A stretch of DNA of 64,000 nt from Terriglobia bacterium (GTDB lineage: Bacteria > Acidobacteriota > Terriglobia > JAJPHL01 > JAPKYU01): the NCBI GenBank assembly GCA_965206645.1, contig CBDBKE010000004.1:1600001-1664000 (forward strand), written 5' to 3'. A model generated the notes under the pieces. It ran no database searches and was not told the DNA's origin. It saw only the letters and a program-made list of their open reading frames with translations. Within the stretch, counting starts at the first letter, position 1; each line of letters opens with the position of its first letter. This document shows, in pieces, positions 42,937 through 52,973 of the stretch. The position numbers and the translations under genes are program-made.

Positions 42937-43881
42937 TCATCCGGTTTCCTCCAGGACCGCAAACCGGGTGGCCCGCCACGTTCCGTAGTCGTCAATCGAG
43001 ACCCCTTCCGTCAGCTTCGCTTCGGGGAGACGTTGAAGCTCCGCCGACCGTCTTCCGGCTGCCGCGAATCCCCCATACTGCGCCAGAAATTCCCGGTCCT
43101 TGTGAGTCATCGCCTCGTCAATCGCCTTGATTTCCTGCCGCACCGTCCACCCTTCCCCGGTCTCCTTCGGGGCGGTCGCGGCCCACACCCGGAGCACCCG
43201 CGCCGTCCGATCCACGGTTTCATTCTCCGCTGCGATCCCGATCACCCGGACCTGCCGCCCCTTCTTGCGGAGCGCATCCCAAAGCGGCCCATGCGCGGCT
43301 CCCCAGGAGTGCAACTCCCGATCCGTTTGGTGGCCCGGATCGACGTAGGCGAAGGTGACGGTTTCCGGGTCCGCCGCAATAGGAAGTTTGAGCGCAAAGT
43401 AGCGTTTCTGCGCTCCCACTGCCCCGTAATAAATCCGTCGCGGGATCAGCCGCCGCGATAGGCCGAGCTTTTCAAAGAACGCAACCTTCTCCGGCTCGGC
43501 GGGGAGCCAGTTCATGCCCGGATGTTCCAGAACGAAATCCAGCGATAGGAGCCGCCGCATCACCACCGGCGGGCAGGCTTTGCGACGGTGGCGGATGTTC
43601 TCGACCCCCAGCGCCCGGTAGATCGGCTTGCTCGATATCCGGCACGGCCTCGCCCCCCCGGAGAACATCAAGTTTTCATTCTCTACCGCTGCCCGCCGTA
43701 CAACCAACGCTTGGACGAAGCGGTGCGCCCGCTTGCTCTCCGCATCAAAGTAGAAACAGAACTGCGGGCGCGTGAAGACGCCGCTGTGAAGGCACACCAG
43801 CGCGATCCACTCCGCTTCCCGGCCCGTCCAACCGAATTGTTCCAGTGCTGTTTCCCGCCCCCGCAAGTGCTCGATCATCAT
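42937..43881 (-). CDS. ICE hypothetical protein (wHTH-like N-terminus)
   Basis: 314-aa ORF overlapping the virB8 stop; GWTGREAEWIALVCLHSGVF. Confidence 0.75.
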   Translation of the reverse strand: MMIEHLRGRETALEQFGWTGREAEWIALVCLHSGVFTRPQFCFYFDAESKRAHRFVQALVVRRAAVENENLMFSGGARPCRISSKPIYRALGVENIRHRRKACPPVVMRRLLSLDFVLEHPGMNWLPAEPEKVAFFEKLGLSRRLIPRRIYYGAVGAQKRYFALKLPIAADPETVTFAYVDPGHQTDRELHSWGAAHGPLWDALRKKGRQVRVIGIAAENETVDRTARVLRVWAATAPKETGEGWTVRQEIKAIDEAMTHKDREFLAQYGGFAAAGRRSAELQRLPEAKLTEGVSIDDYGTWRATRFAVLEETG

Positions 43882-44555
43882 TGCTTCCCGGTAACGATTG
43901 CCCGGTCGCCTTGCAGATAGCTGATAACGATCCCCATAGGGTTGTGGACGATCAGGTCCGGCGGGATCGTATCGAGGAACTGGAATTGCAGCGAGAGGGT
44001 CCAGCGTTCCCGGCTCACTTCGTTTGCCATCACCATCCGCACCAGGTCAAAATCTGCCGTCGCGCTGTGCGGCTCCTGGGGATTGGCCTGAATCCTCAAA
44101 ACGACGCGATCCACTTGCAGTTCATCCTTGGCCGCTCCCGCCGCGAGAAGAGCGATATTCTGACTCTCGGCCCGAAACGAGGCGTTGGCGAGTTCGGTGG
44201 TCAGGAAGCGCAGACTGCGGGACCAGTTCTCTTGGACCGTGGCCTTCCGGCGCGAGTAGAAGTCATAAATAAAGCGGTTGAGAAAGTATTTGGTGGTGGG
44301 GTCCAGCGGGTCCGCCTGGGCCTCCATCGCCTCGTAGGCGATGGCCTCGGCCCGGCCTACTTCATCCACCCTCACGACGATGGGGCGGGGCGGATCAACC
44401 GACACAATGCGAATGACGACGATGATGAGCAAGAGCAAGCCGATTCCCAACCCGACGGAGAGCACCCGTAGATGACGGTTGGAGTGGATGGCTTCGCCCC
44501 ATATTTCGGCGTACTCGGCTCCGGCGTCTTTGACGCTGGTTTCGGTGTCCTTCAT
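43878..44555 (-). CDS. VirB8/TrbF family protein
   Basis: Single TM segment, PIVVRVDEVGRAEAI, NPMGIVI C-terminus. Confidence 0.85.
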   Translation of the reverse strand: MKDTETSVKDAGAEYAEIWGEAIHSNRHLRVLSVGLGIGLLLLIIVVIRIVSVDPPRPIVVRVDEVGRAEAIAYEAMEAQADPLDPTTKYFLNRFIYDFYSRRKATVQENWSRSLRFLTTELANASFRAESQNIALLAAGAAKDELQVDRVVLRIQANPQEPHSATADFDLVRMVMANEVSRERWTLSLQFQFLDTIPPDLIVHNPMGIVISYLQGDRAIVTGKQ

Positions 44556-45550
44556 TTGATCCCTCCCGCGCCCGCCTTGGCCGCCGCCGCGCCTCCGGTG
44601 GCCGCAACCGTTCCCGCCGTGGTTGCCATTCCCATGAGGCCGCTGCCCGCCGCTCCTGTGCTGGTGACGAGCATCGAGGCGAGCTCCCCGCACTTGAGGC
44701 TTGCCAGCATCCCGGCGACGAACAAGGGCACGACGGCGATCATCCACAAGCCCACGTCTATGAAGCTCTGCATGTCCAGGTTGGCATTCCCCAAGCTCGT
44801 GATGTAGGAGATTCCGACAGCGGAGAAGACCCGGAGCACCGCTCCGGCGATCACGGCATAAAGCGAGTAGGTAATCATCGCCCGGAACCATCCCCAGAAC
44901 AGAAACGACAGCGGCTCGAACACCAGAAACGGAATGAAGATCGGCCCCAAGATGATGAGGATGGCAAGCGCGATTTGAGCCCAGATCACTTGAGCGTAGG
45001 TGACGGCGGCCAACAGAAGCAGCATAAGGACCACAAACACAAACATTGCAAACCCCGCAACCGCCGTTATTGCGGCATGGATCCCGCCGGTGAGTAGGCC
45101 GAGCGTGTTCCCCGCTTGCGCCTGGGCCGCCTGGTTCGCCGCGAGGGAGCGAATGAGGTTCCCAAGCTCGGTCTGCATCGAATAGACGGCATCGCCGATC
45201 AGCAGTTCGTGAAGCCAATTTCCACCCGCCGCAATCATCCCTGGGAAGGTGAAAGCCATTCCCGGAATGGTGGTGGTGTAGAACTGCAACATCACCCACG
45301 GTATCCACAACCCAATGACGACCCGAATCAGTTCCCACGGCTGAATGTTCCCGCTAAAGGCGATCTTCAGCCCGTTCAACACCACAACGATGAGCGCCAG
45401 ACCCCCGAAGAGCGCGTTTCCGGTGGTGAAAACCTCCCCGCCCGCCGCCGCGGTCAGTCCATCCAGAGCGACATCGAGGAACGATTTGAAGTCCCTCAGT
45501 TGTTCCGGGGAAAGGTTGGCCGGGATGTTGGGATCGAGTTGGATTTGCAT
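44552..45550 (-). CDS. VirB6/TrbL family protein
   Basis: Polytopic membrane protein, LGPIFIPFLVF...LFWGWFR, Gly/Ala-rich tail. Confidence 0.85.
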   Translation of the reverse strand: MQIQLDPNIPANLSPEQLRDFKSFLDVALDGLTAAAGGEVFTTGNALFGGLALIVVVLNGLKIAFSGNIQPWELIRVVIGLWIPWVMLQFYTTTIPGMAFTFPGMIAAGGNWLHELLIGDAVYSMQTELGNLIRSLAANQAAQAQAGNTLGLLTGGIHAAITAVAGFAMFVFVVLMLLLLAAVTYAQVIWAQIALAILIILGPIFIPFLVFEPLSFLFWGWFRAMITYSLYAVIAGAVLRVFSAVGISYITSLGNANLDMQSFIDVGLWMIAVVPLFVAGMLASLKCGELASMLVTSTGAAGSGLMGMATTAGTVAATGGAAAAKAGAGGIK

Positions 45551-45562
45551 CGGCGAAGTCGA

Positions 45563-46477
45563 TTACTGGCCGTTCCCGCCGTAGGCCGGGTGAATCCGAA
45601 AGAGCAACCCTTCGCGCATGGAATCGCGGCGGGCATCGAGCCCGGCCTGTTGCGCCGCGAAGGTGATCTCGGCCCGGCGCTGCGTCTCGATCCATCGAGC
45701 CAGCGCCTCCCGTCGAGCAATCTCGCGTTCGTAATCCTCCGCCGCCTCTTTCGCCGCCTGAAACGCCATCAACTGCGCCATAGCAGCGGTGAGGTTCCCC
45801 TGCGTCACTGTCCCGGCCACCTGCGATTGGGCCAGCGCGGTGTTGGAGGTATTGGTGTTGTTCCGCAGTCCTTCGTAGGACTCCACGGCGTCTCGCGCCG
45901 CAATCATGAGATTCGCCGCCGCGTCGCTCATTGCGTGATCGAGCACCAGGCGCTTGTCACCTTCCTCCCGCGCCGCGAGATAGCCGTTGGCTACTCCCGC
46001 AGCGATCTCCGGGCGATAGTCGTCGTACAAAGTGAGGATGTCGCTCTCGGTCACCGTGTCGGCGGAGGTGAGCCGCCCGCGCCAGGATTGGGTAAAGCTC
46101 TTGCCGGTTTCGCCCATCTGTTCGACTGACGACGCAAGCTCCGCCGCCACGCCGGTAAAATCGCTTTTCCACGATAGGCCCACGCCGATAAACTGCGCCG
46201 GTGCGGATGCCAATTCAGTGAACGGATCGGTCAGCGCTCCCACGGCTCCAAGCGCTTGCTCTTTCAGGTGCGACGCCTGATCTATCATCTGGGTGAGTTG
46301 GCCGTCAAACGTGATCTTCGCCATGGTGTCTTTGTAGATTTGGACGCCCTGATTGATGATCATCTGCGCCCGTTGAATGCCCGCCAGGATCGAGCCGAAG
46401 ATGGCGTAGGCGGGCGTGGTGGTCAGGACGATAAAGAGTGGGATAACAACTACTGCGGTCAAGATTCGATGTTTCAT
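45563..46477 (-). CDS. TrbJ/VirB5-like exported helical protein
   Basis: Signal peptide (PAYA), Gln/Ala-rich helices, position upstream of virB6. Confidence 0.6.
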   Translation of the reverse strand: MKHRILTAVVVIPLFIVLTTTPAYAIFGSILAGIQRAQMIINQGVQIYKDTMAKITFDGQLTQMIDQASHLKEQALGAVGALTDPFTELASAPAQFIGVGLSWKSDFTGVAAELASSVEQMGETGKSFTQSWRGRLTSADTVTESDILTLYDDYRPEIAAGVANGYLAAREEGDKRLVLDHAMSDAAANLMIAARDAVESYEGLRNNTNTSNTALAQSQVAGTVTQGNLTAAMAQLMAFQAAKEAAEDYEREIARREALARWIETQRRAEITFAAQQAGLDARRDSMREGLLFRIHPAYGGNGQ

Positions 46478-46480
46478 TTT

Positions 46481-47830
46481 TCAGTCTCCTTTTGTGGGCC
46501 GGGGCACCAGCACGTCGGAAGTGAACCAGACGCGAAGCCGGTGCCCGGCGCGTATTGTGATGGTGGGTAAACGATTCAAGAAACGCTGCAAGATTTGGGT
46601 GGCGCTTTGTCCGAGTCCCTGCCCGGCACCGGCCCGGAAGCCCGCCCCGCCGCTCTCGTAAGGGTTGCCGCCTTGCGCCGTGAGTCCGGCCAGGATGCCG
46701 ACCGCCCCGACAGCGGCGAACATGGAAAAGTAGTGTCGGTTGACTTGATCTTTCAAGGCTCCCTCGCCGAGTTGATTCAACCCATGAAATTCGAGCGACA
46801 CCCAACGCCCGTCCGGGTAGATCAAGCGGTGGAAACTCACGGCGAGTCGGGCTTGGTCCTGATTGGATACGGCCTGAGCCGTACCAATGACCCGCGTACC
46901 ACGCGGCACCAAGATGCGCTGCCGGTCTGCCGAGTAAAAAGGCACCGAAACCACGGCTAGGACCGGGCCGGGAAAGTCACCGGAAAGCTGCGTGACCAGG
47001 GCCGCTTCCAAAAACGAGCCTTCATAGATGCGCTCCCAACCGGGGGGGGCTTCCGGCCCCCTGACCCGGGCCGGAGAAGAGTAATCCCGCGCCGGTGCGG
47101 GCCCAGCCGCCGCCGTAGGAACGGCGGGCGTGGACGCAGCGGTTGGTGTCCCTCTGAGTGCTTCGATAAACGCTCGGTCCGCCTGGGCCTCCGCCGCCAC
47201 TTCATCTTGGAGGCCGGTCGTGACCGTCCCAATCGTGTCGAGGGCCTGTTCGAGCGCCGCCGCCCCTTCCGCTCTCATGGCATCGACCGGGCTTGCGGTT
47301 TCGTCCCCCTGCCCCTCGGACGACGCCCCCTCCCTGCCGTCCAGTTGCCGGTAGGTCTGTGCGACCGGCGAACTGCGAAGCGACCGGCTGCGCCGCTCGA
47401 GGGCTTCCAGCCGCAAGCGTTCCCGGAGTTCCCATTCTTCCTCGGTATAGGGTTGCCCGGTGTCGGGACTTGTCCCGGCCAGCGCCTTCGCTTGATCGGC
47501 GGTTACGCGGCCCGCGCCTACTCCGCCGCTGTTGCCTTGCTGCCGTTGCTGCCGCGCTCGCAATTCACGCTCCGCCGCTTGTCGGCGCGTCTCCGCTCGA
47601 AGCGACTCTGCTTCCACTTGCGCGGCCATCTGATCGGCGAAGCTCCGGGGCGCGGTCTGCTCTGCGCCCGGATCGGGCGAAAGCTCCGCTTCCTTGCCGC
47701 CTCCGAAATAAATCCAGTACGTCAGGAACACGAGAACGAGAATGGTGATGATCCCGACGCCCCATTGAGTGACGATGCCGCCCGGCAGCGATCCCGCCGG
47801 TTTGGGATAGAGCCGCCGCCAGCCGATCAC
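46481..47830 (-). CDS. VirB10/TrbI family protein
   Basis: GSFLEAAL, GPVLAVV, VPRGTRVIG, DQVNRHY, PTITIRAG. Confidence 0.9.
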   Translation of the reverse strand: MIGWRRLYPKPAGSLPGGIVTQWGVGIITILVLVFLTYWIYFGGGKEAELSPDPGAEQTAPRSFADQMAAQVEAESLRAETRRQAAERELRARQQRQQGNSGGVGAGRVTADQAKALAGTSPDTGQPYTEEEWELRERLRLEALERRSRSLRSSPVAQTYRQLDGREGASSEGQGDETASPVDAMRAEGAAALEQALDTIGTVTTGLQDEVAAEAQADRAFIEALRGTPTAASTPAVPTAAAGPAPARDYSSPARVRGPEAPPGWERIYEGSFLEAALVTQLSGDFPGPVLAVVSVPFYSADRQRILVPRGTRVIGTAQAVSNQDQARLAVSFHRLIYPDGRWVSLEFHGLNQLGEGALKDQVNRHYFSMFAAVGAVGILAGLTAQGGNPYESGGAGFRAGAGQGLGQSATQILQRFLNRLPTITIRAGHRLRVWFTSDVLVPRPTKGD

Positions 47831-48669
47831 GGCCCGATCTCCGGCGCCGTGAAGCGCCATCGGACTTTTTGTTTGCCGATCTGCAACCAGCCGTCACCCA
47901 AAACGTGACGGGCGATATACAGCCCGTCCTCGCCCAGATCGTAGGCCACCAGCGCCGGTTTCCCGTCCTTCTCTTCATACAGTGCGGGCGACTCCTGGGG
48001 GTTGGCGCGAAGGTAGGTAAACCGCCCGTCGTGCCACATCCCTTCGACCAGAAACGGCCATTTCTTCGCCTTGTCCTCCAATCGGTAGGGGAACTTGAGG
48101 CGCGTGGGATACTCCGCCCGGAACGCCTCGGTTTCCCGCGCCGCAAGCGCCGTAACGTCGGCGATGCGGGAATCCGCGTCAACTTGCGCATCCTTGGCCG
48201 TCTCGATGGCTGTTTTCGCCATCTGCTGATAGGCCGCAACCTGGGAGCGAGCGACAAAGGCCGGTTCGTGCCCGGCCGGTGAAATGCGCGGGTCGGCGTC
48301 CGCCTGGGCCTCGATGCGAACCACTAGATGCGGCTGGCCCGCACTTTGCTCGGTGACGAGGAACGAGTAAATGCGACCGGAGGCGCAAACCAGCGCGACG
48401 TTGGTAGTCACGCCCTCGGCGATGGGTTTGAGGAAGGCCAGATTAGCGGCCCCGGTCAGGTGCCAGTACTCGGAATCTCCCACGACAAAATCCAGCACGT
48501 TTTCCGTCGCGGGAAGCACGATGACGGTGGTGTGCCGGGTCTTGGCCCGAATCTGGATGATTTGATCCTGGGTCTCGATGACGCGGAGGACCTGCCCGCC
48601 GTCCTGAGCGATCAGCGGCAACGACAGGGCAAGCAGCGCCGCCATCACGAGTGGAATGATCTTCAACAT
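47827..48669 (-). CDS. VirB9/TrbG family protein
   Basis: Signal peptide, TTVIVLP, VVGDSEYW, FLKP, WHDGRFTY. Confidence 0.88.
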   Translation of the reverse strand: MLKIIPLVMAALLALSLPLIAQDGGQVLRVIETQDQIIQIRAKTRHTTVIVLPATENVLDFVVGDSEYWHLTGAANLAFLKPIAEGVTTNVALVCASGRIYSFLVTEQSAGQPHLVVRIEAQADADPRISPAGHEPAFVARSQVAAYQQMAKTAIETAKDAQVDADSRIADVTALAARETEAFRAEYPTRLKFPYRLEDKAKKWPFLVEGMWHDGRFTYLRANPQESPALYEEKDGKPALVAYDLGEDGLYIARHVLGDGWLQIGKQKVRWRFTAPEIGP

Positions 48670-48675
48670 AATCAG

Positions 48676-51099
48676 CTACCTCCTGGACAGGTGTTCAATG
48701 GCCTCGGTGAGGCCATACTGTTTGACTGCTTCCGCCCGCTTCTGAGCATCGATCGGCGACGAGGTATAGAGCCAATAGCTGGCCGGATCGACTTCGAGGC
48801 GCAAGATGCCCGCCGCGTCGGTGCGCCGTAGATAAAGCTCCCGTTTGGGGATCAAGCCGCGAATGGTGTTCATTTCCGAAGGGTTCAGCCGGAAGGTGTC
48901 TGCGGCTTTCTCCGGCAAGTCGGGGTTGGCAAGGAATAGCTTGGTCGGCATGGATTCGAGCAACGCTTCCGCCCCTGCAGTTCCGGTTACGTCCACGGCG
49001 CTCTGCGTGGCGACGACGAGCGCCGCGTTCTTCTTGCGCCAGGTCTTGGCGGCTTCGGCCAGGTAGCCGAGAATGGCCGGGTCTTTCAGGTAGCGCCACG
49101 CTTCATCGACCACCATGAGTTTTACCCTTGCGGCCTCATCCGGGTTCTCCAAAGCTAGCCGCAACCGTTCGAGAAGGTAGAACAGCGCTGCTTCGCAGAG
49201 GTCTTCGTGCTCCGCCGCGCCCGCCATGTCGATCACCTGCCAGTCCTGGAAGTTGAGATCGTCTCCGTCTGCCGGGTTGTCAAAGTACCTGGCCCACGCG
49301 CCGGCTCCGTGCCAACGCCCCAAAGCGGGCCACATCTTTGCGGGAAGAGAACGGACCAGCACCCCAAGGGTCCGCCGCTGGGGTGCAAAGGCATAGAGGT
49401 CTTCGACGCGGGCGCGGATCTCGCTGGGGTCTTCGCCGCTGAGTTTCCACCCGCCGATCCTCAACAGACGCGATATCCAGCCGGTGAGGAACTGGAAGCT
49501 CCGCTCCCCGACCGGGAGCGAGAAGGGGCGCAACCGGAAACCGGCGCTCCCGCTCCCGTCGGGGGATAGCTCCATATAGCCGCCCCCGAGAAACTGCGTG
49601 AGCCAGCGATAGGAGCCGCCTAGATCAAGAATGAGAACACGCGGATCGTATTGGAGCGCCTGAACCAGCAGGAAATTGAGCAAGAAACTTTTACCCGCGC
49701 CGGTGGCGCCGAGAACCAGCGTGTGCCCCACGTCGCCCTGAAACAAATCGTAGTGATAAGGGGTGCGCCATCGCGTTTCGAGGATCGCCAGCGCCGGCTT
49801 CCGCAAGTGGCCGCTCCGGGGTGTCCCCACCGGCGGCCCGAAGATCGGGGCCATCGAAGCGACCGCGCCCGCCGATACAAACACGGATCGGACCTGCCGC
49901 CGTCGCGGTTGCGCGGGCATCCGCGAGAACCAGGCCGGAAGCTGCCCGTAACCCTCCCGGATTACCTTGGCGTCGTGGCTGGCAAAGATGCGCCGAATAT
50001 CTCCGTCCAGGCCCTCGGTCTCCGATAGCGGGCCGTGGATCGCCACGGTCAGGGCAAGGTCGCCGTAGGCGATACCGTCCGTCTCCAACTCGACCAGGGC
50101 ATCGCCCAGCCGGTCGGATTCCGCCGCCGCTGCCGTGTCCACCATCGCCGACGTCGTCCCTTCGGTTTCCTGAACGTGCGCGGACATCGAGTAGCGCTTC
50201 GAGAAGTAATGCCGCTGCGCCCCACGGATTTTGCGCCGGGCGGCATCGAGGCGCTGCGGCCGCCATTCGAGCGTGACGGTCATGGTTGCATCGAGCCGGT
50301 AAAGACCCTGTAGAAGATTGGCGCGAGCTGCAGCGGGAGGCGAAAGCAGCGAGTAGAGAATGACGGGTTCCCCGTCCAGGCGCAGATTGCGCCGCTCCGC
50401 TTCGAGCTCGGAAACGGCCAGCCGCCAATTCATGCCGCTGCCCCTCGCGCCGTCCCAAAAGGTTCCAGGCCGGTTCGTGAGTTCATTCAAGACGAGAGAC
50501 GCATCCCGCGCTTCGAGCATCCGCACCGGCGTAAGGTCGTCGACCAGCGCCCGGCTCGCCTCGACCAGCTGCCGAAAGCCCGCCGCCGCCGATTCGATAG
50601 AGGAATGGAGGTAAACGGATTCATGCCGGTTCCGCCTCCGGGCCATCCAGTTCTTGGCATAGGCCATCCACCACGGCCCGCCCGTCCTCTCGGTGGTGAC
50701 GGCGGACAGGTGCGGATCGTGAACCCATGCGACGTAGGCGCTCACGTCCTGCACTCGATCCGCGAGGAACGACCGGCGCTTGCGCCGTCCGAGCGCAGCC
50801 ACGCTCGACGCCGCGCCGTCGGACTCGTCTGCAAAGTGGATCGGGCGGCGCAATAGATAGAAGTAAAGCCGCGTCCGGGAATCGAGCCCCGACAACATCC
50901 GCTGCCAGCGGTCGATCACCCGATCCAGTTGTTCGGGGGTCTGGCCGTCCAGGACGCTGGGCGTCATCCGCCCGATGCTCATAAGTTCTCCCGCCCGCGT
51001 CAGGCACGTTCGCCCATCTTCCAGCCAGCCCCACCAGGGCAGTTCCTCGGCCAGCGATCCCGCCGCTTCGTAGTCCAGGAGTTCGTCGTTCACGTTCAT
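48676..51099 (-). CDS. VirB4-family ATPase
   Basis: GHTLVLGATGAGKS, VVDEAW, RKKNA, ATQS. Confidence 0.92.
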   Translation of the reverse strand: MNVNDELLDYEAAGSLAEELPWWGWLEDGRTCLTRAGELMSIGRMTPSVLDGQTPEQLDRVIDRWQRMLSGLDSRTRLYFYLLRRPIHFADESDGAASSVAALGRRKRRSFLADRVQDVSAYVAWVHDPHLSAVTTERTGGPWWMAYAKNWMARRRNRHESVYLHSSIESAAAGFRQLVEASRALVDDLTPVRMLEARDASLVLNELTNRPGTFWDGARGSGMNWRLAVSELEAERRNLRLDGEPVILYSLLSPPAAARANLLQGLYRLDATMTVTLEWRPQRLDAARRKIRGAQRHYFSKRYSMSAHVQETEGTTSAMVDTAAAAESDRLGDALVELETDGIAYGDLALTVAIHGPLSETEGLDGDIRRIFASHDAKVIREGYGQLPAWFSRMPAQPRRRQVRSVFVSAGAVASMAPIFGPPVGTPRSGHLRKPALAILETRWRTPYHYDLFQGDVGHTLVLGATGAGKSFLLNFLLVQALQYDPRVLILDLGGSYRWLTQFLGGGYMELSPDGSGSAGFRLRPFSLPVGERSFQFLTGWISRLLRIGGWKLSGEDPSEIRARVEDLYAFAPQRRTLGVLVRSLPAKMWPALGRWHGAGAWARYFDNPADGDDLNFQDWQVIDMAGAAEHEDLCEAALFYLLERLRLALENPDEAARVKLMVVDEAWRYLKDPAILGYLAEAAKTWRKKNAALVVATQSAVDVTGTAGAEALLESMPTKLFLANPDLPEKAADTFRLNPSEMNTIRGLIPKRELYLRRTDAAGILRLEVDPASYWLYTSSPIDAQKRAEAVKQYGLTEAIEHLSRR

Positions 51100-51102
51100 G
51101 CG

Positions 51103-51399
51103 CTATCTCCGAATCAGGATCGTCCAGGGAGCCGCCGCCCATTTGCCGGGATCGTAGCGGACCCGGAACTTGGCCGAGGCTCGCAGGATTTCGAGCATGT
51201 TGGGGTCTTGTTTCCAGGCCCAAAATCCCACGCCGTAGAGCACCCCGAAAATGACTCCCCCGGTCACAATGGAGTTGATGGCGTTCCACATGGCAAGGCC
51301 CAACGTCGCGCTCAGAAGAAACCAGCGCCGTTCCACGCCCATGATCGTTAGGGGTTTACTGAGCGCCGGGTAGCCGCGCCACGTCTTGCCGCGCTCCAT
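51103..51399 (-). CDS. VirB3/TrbD family protein
   Basis: ALSKPLTIMGVER, two TM segments, KQDP. Confidence 0.82.
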   Translation of the reverse strand: MERGKTWRGYPALSKPLTIMGVERRWFLLSATLGLAMWNAINSIVTGGVIFGVLYGVGFWAWKQDPNMLEILRASAKFRVRYDPGKWAAAPWTILIRR

Positions 51400-51692
51400 C
51401 AGAAGAGCCACGCCAGAAAGTTGGCCGCGCCCATGGCCATGCCAAGACCGAAGACGATCCCGGCCAGGGCCTTTTTGCTGCCGCCTTCACCAAAGGCGAA
51501 CATGAGTCCGCCCACCACGATGGCAATCAAGCTCAGTCCTCGCGCAATGGGTCCGGTGAACGCCGCCTGCAGCACGTCTATGGCTTGCAGCCAGGGGCTC
51601 GTTCCCTGCGCCATGAGTTCTCCCGCCGATAGTGCAAGGATGCTCACCAGCAGCGCTCCTCGCTTCCAGGTGATTAAGTTGTTGGTGTTCAT
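51399..51692 (-). CDS. VirB2/TrbC pilin
   Basis: SPW...FTGPIARGLSLIAIVVGGLMFAFGEG. Confidence 0.88.
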   Translation of the reverse strand: MNTNNLITWKRGALLVSILALSAGELMAQGTSPWLQAIDVLQAAFTGPIARGLSLIAIVVGGLMFAFGEGGSKKALAGIVFGLGMAMGAANFLAWLF

Positions 51693-51724
51693 GCTTCCCT
51701 CCGTGTCTGTTGGGTTGTTGCGCG

Positions 51725-52048
51725 TCAGGCTCCGGGAAACTGCCCCCGGTCCTCTTGTTCCAGTTTCTCGGCAAGCTCGGTTTGCCCGCCCTCGCCGCGC
51801 CGGATGGACCGCTCCATCAGATCGACCTTGCGGCCCATGTCGGCCAGCCCCAAGGCGCGGGCGGCGGAGTAGATCACGACCATAAGCGTCACCACGGCCA
51901 GCCCGCCATGCCACGCGACGGGTAGCCAGTAGTCGGTTGCGATGATTCCTAAGTACGGCTTGAGATAAGCGAAGCTCTCGCCGGCGAGCATCAAGGCCAC
52001 GGCCAGGATGATGGCCGTCAGTCCAATGCTGATCTTCCACGGTTGCAT
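51725..52048 (-). CDS. Small membrane hypothetical protein
   Basis: Two hydrophobic segments; GGGAG RBS; lies within the operon. Confidence 0.65.
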   Translation of the reverse strand: MQPWKISIGLTAIILAVALMLAGESFAYLKPYLGIIATDYWLPVAWHGGLAVVTLMVVIYSAARALGLADMGRKVDLMERSIRRGEGGQTELAEKLEQEDRGQFPGA

Positions 52049-52058
52049 CGCTTCTCCC

Positions 52059-52964
52059 TCAGAGTTCGATGGAGCCCTTGTCTCGTCTGCCGCCGCTTCC
52101 TCCTCCGCCTCCGGTGCTGTGGTCCTGGCCGAGCGCCCGCGCCACTCGTGCCGCCGCCCGCCCATTGCTTCCATGCACGGCGAATCCAGCGGCGGCTTTT
52201 GCGCCGATACTCTTGGCGCTGTAGTGCTCGGTCGCAATCTCCACGTTCACGCGCCCGCTGCGGCCATCGATGTCGCTGTACTCAAGCTGAGCGTCCGGGT
52301 ACTCCACCCGTCCATCCTTGACGGGGAGCCCCAGCGCCTCCGCCGCCTGGAACCGTGCAGCGTCCGCCGCCTCCTTTCCGCCTCGCGCTCTCGCGCTTTC
52401 CGTGGCGCGGGCGATCTCGCGCTTGAGTTCGGCGTCAATGCGGACCCGCTTGAGGACGGCTCCTTGTTCGAGCAACCGCACTTGCTCAATCCTTGCGGCT
52501 CGAAACACGGCCACGTCATGTTGAAGCTCTCCGGGCTTCACGAGCCCGCTCCATGCCTTCTGCTCTTTGTCGAGTCCTTGTTCGCGGGCTACCCGCTCGG
52601 CCCGCTCTACTCCGCGCTCGGTGAGCGTGAGCACCTTGTAGGCGCCGCCTTGCGGCCCCTCGGCGCTGTGCTCCCGGACGTGCCCGGCACGAATCATGCG
52701 ATCCACAGCCCGACGCGCCGCGTAAGGGTGTCCATCGAAGTGAGCTTCGGCCATATCACGGTAGGCGACACTCCGATACATCCCCACGTCGGCCACCGCC
52801 CGATCTGCCCGCTCCTGGAAGTTCTGGCGCTCGGTGCAGGGATCGTATTCGCGCCGGTGGCCGTCGCGCTCCCGCTGTTCCCGCTCTTTGGTGTGGTCGC
52901 GCCTGGGGCGAGCTCCGGGCGTCCGGGTTCGGGGATCGCTGGCTAGGTCTCGCGGATCGAACAC
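52059..52964 (-). CDS. Replication-relaxation (MOB_C-like) wHTH + PD-(D/E)XK candidate relaxase
   Basis: LTLTERG wing, ELQHD, YPDAQL...NVEIATEHY...K motif; family assignment is inferred. Confidence 0.55.
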   Translation of the reverse strand: MFDPRDLASDPRTRTPGARPRRDHTKEREQRERDGHRREYDPCTERQNFQERADRAVADVGMYRSVAYRDMAEAHFDGHPYAARRAVDRMIRAGHVREHSAEGPQGGAYKVLTLTERGVERAERVAREQGLDKEQKAWSGLVKPGELQHDVAVFRAARIEQVRLLEQGAVLKRVRIDAELKREIARATESARARGGKEAADAARFQAAEALGLPVKDGRVEYPDAQLEYSDIDGRSGRVNVEIATEHYSAKSIGAKAAAGFAVHGSNGRAAARVARALGQDHSTGGGGGSGGRRDKGSIEL

Positions 52965-52973
52965 GACGGCTCC

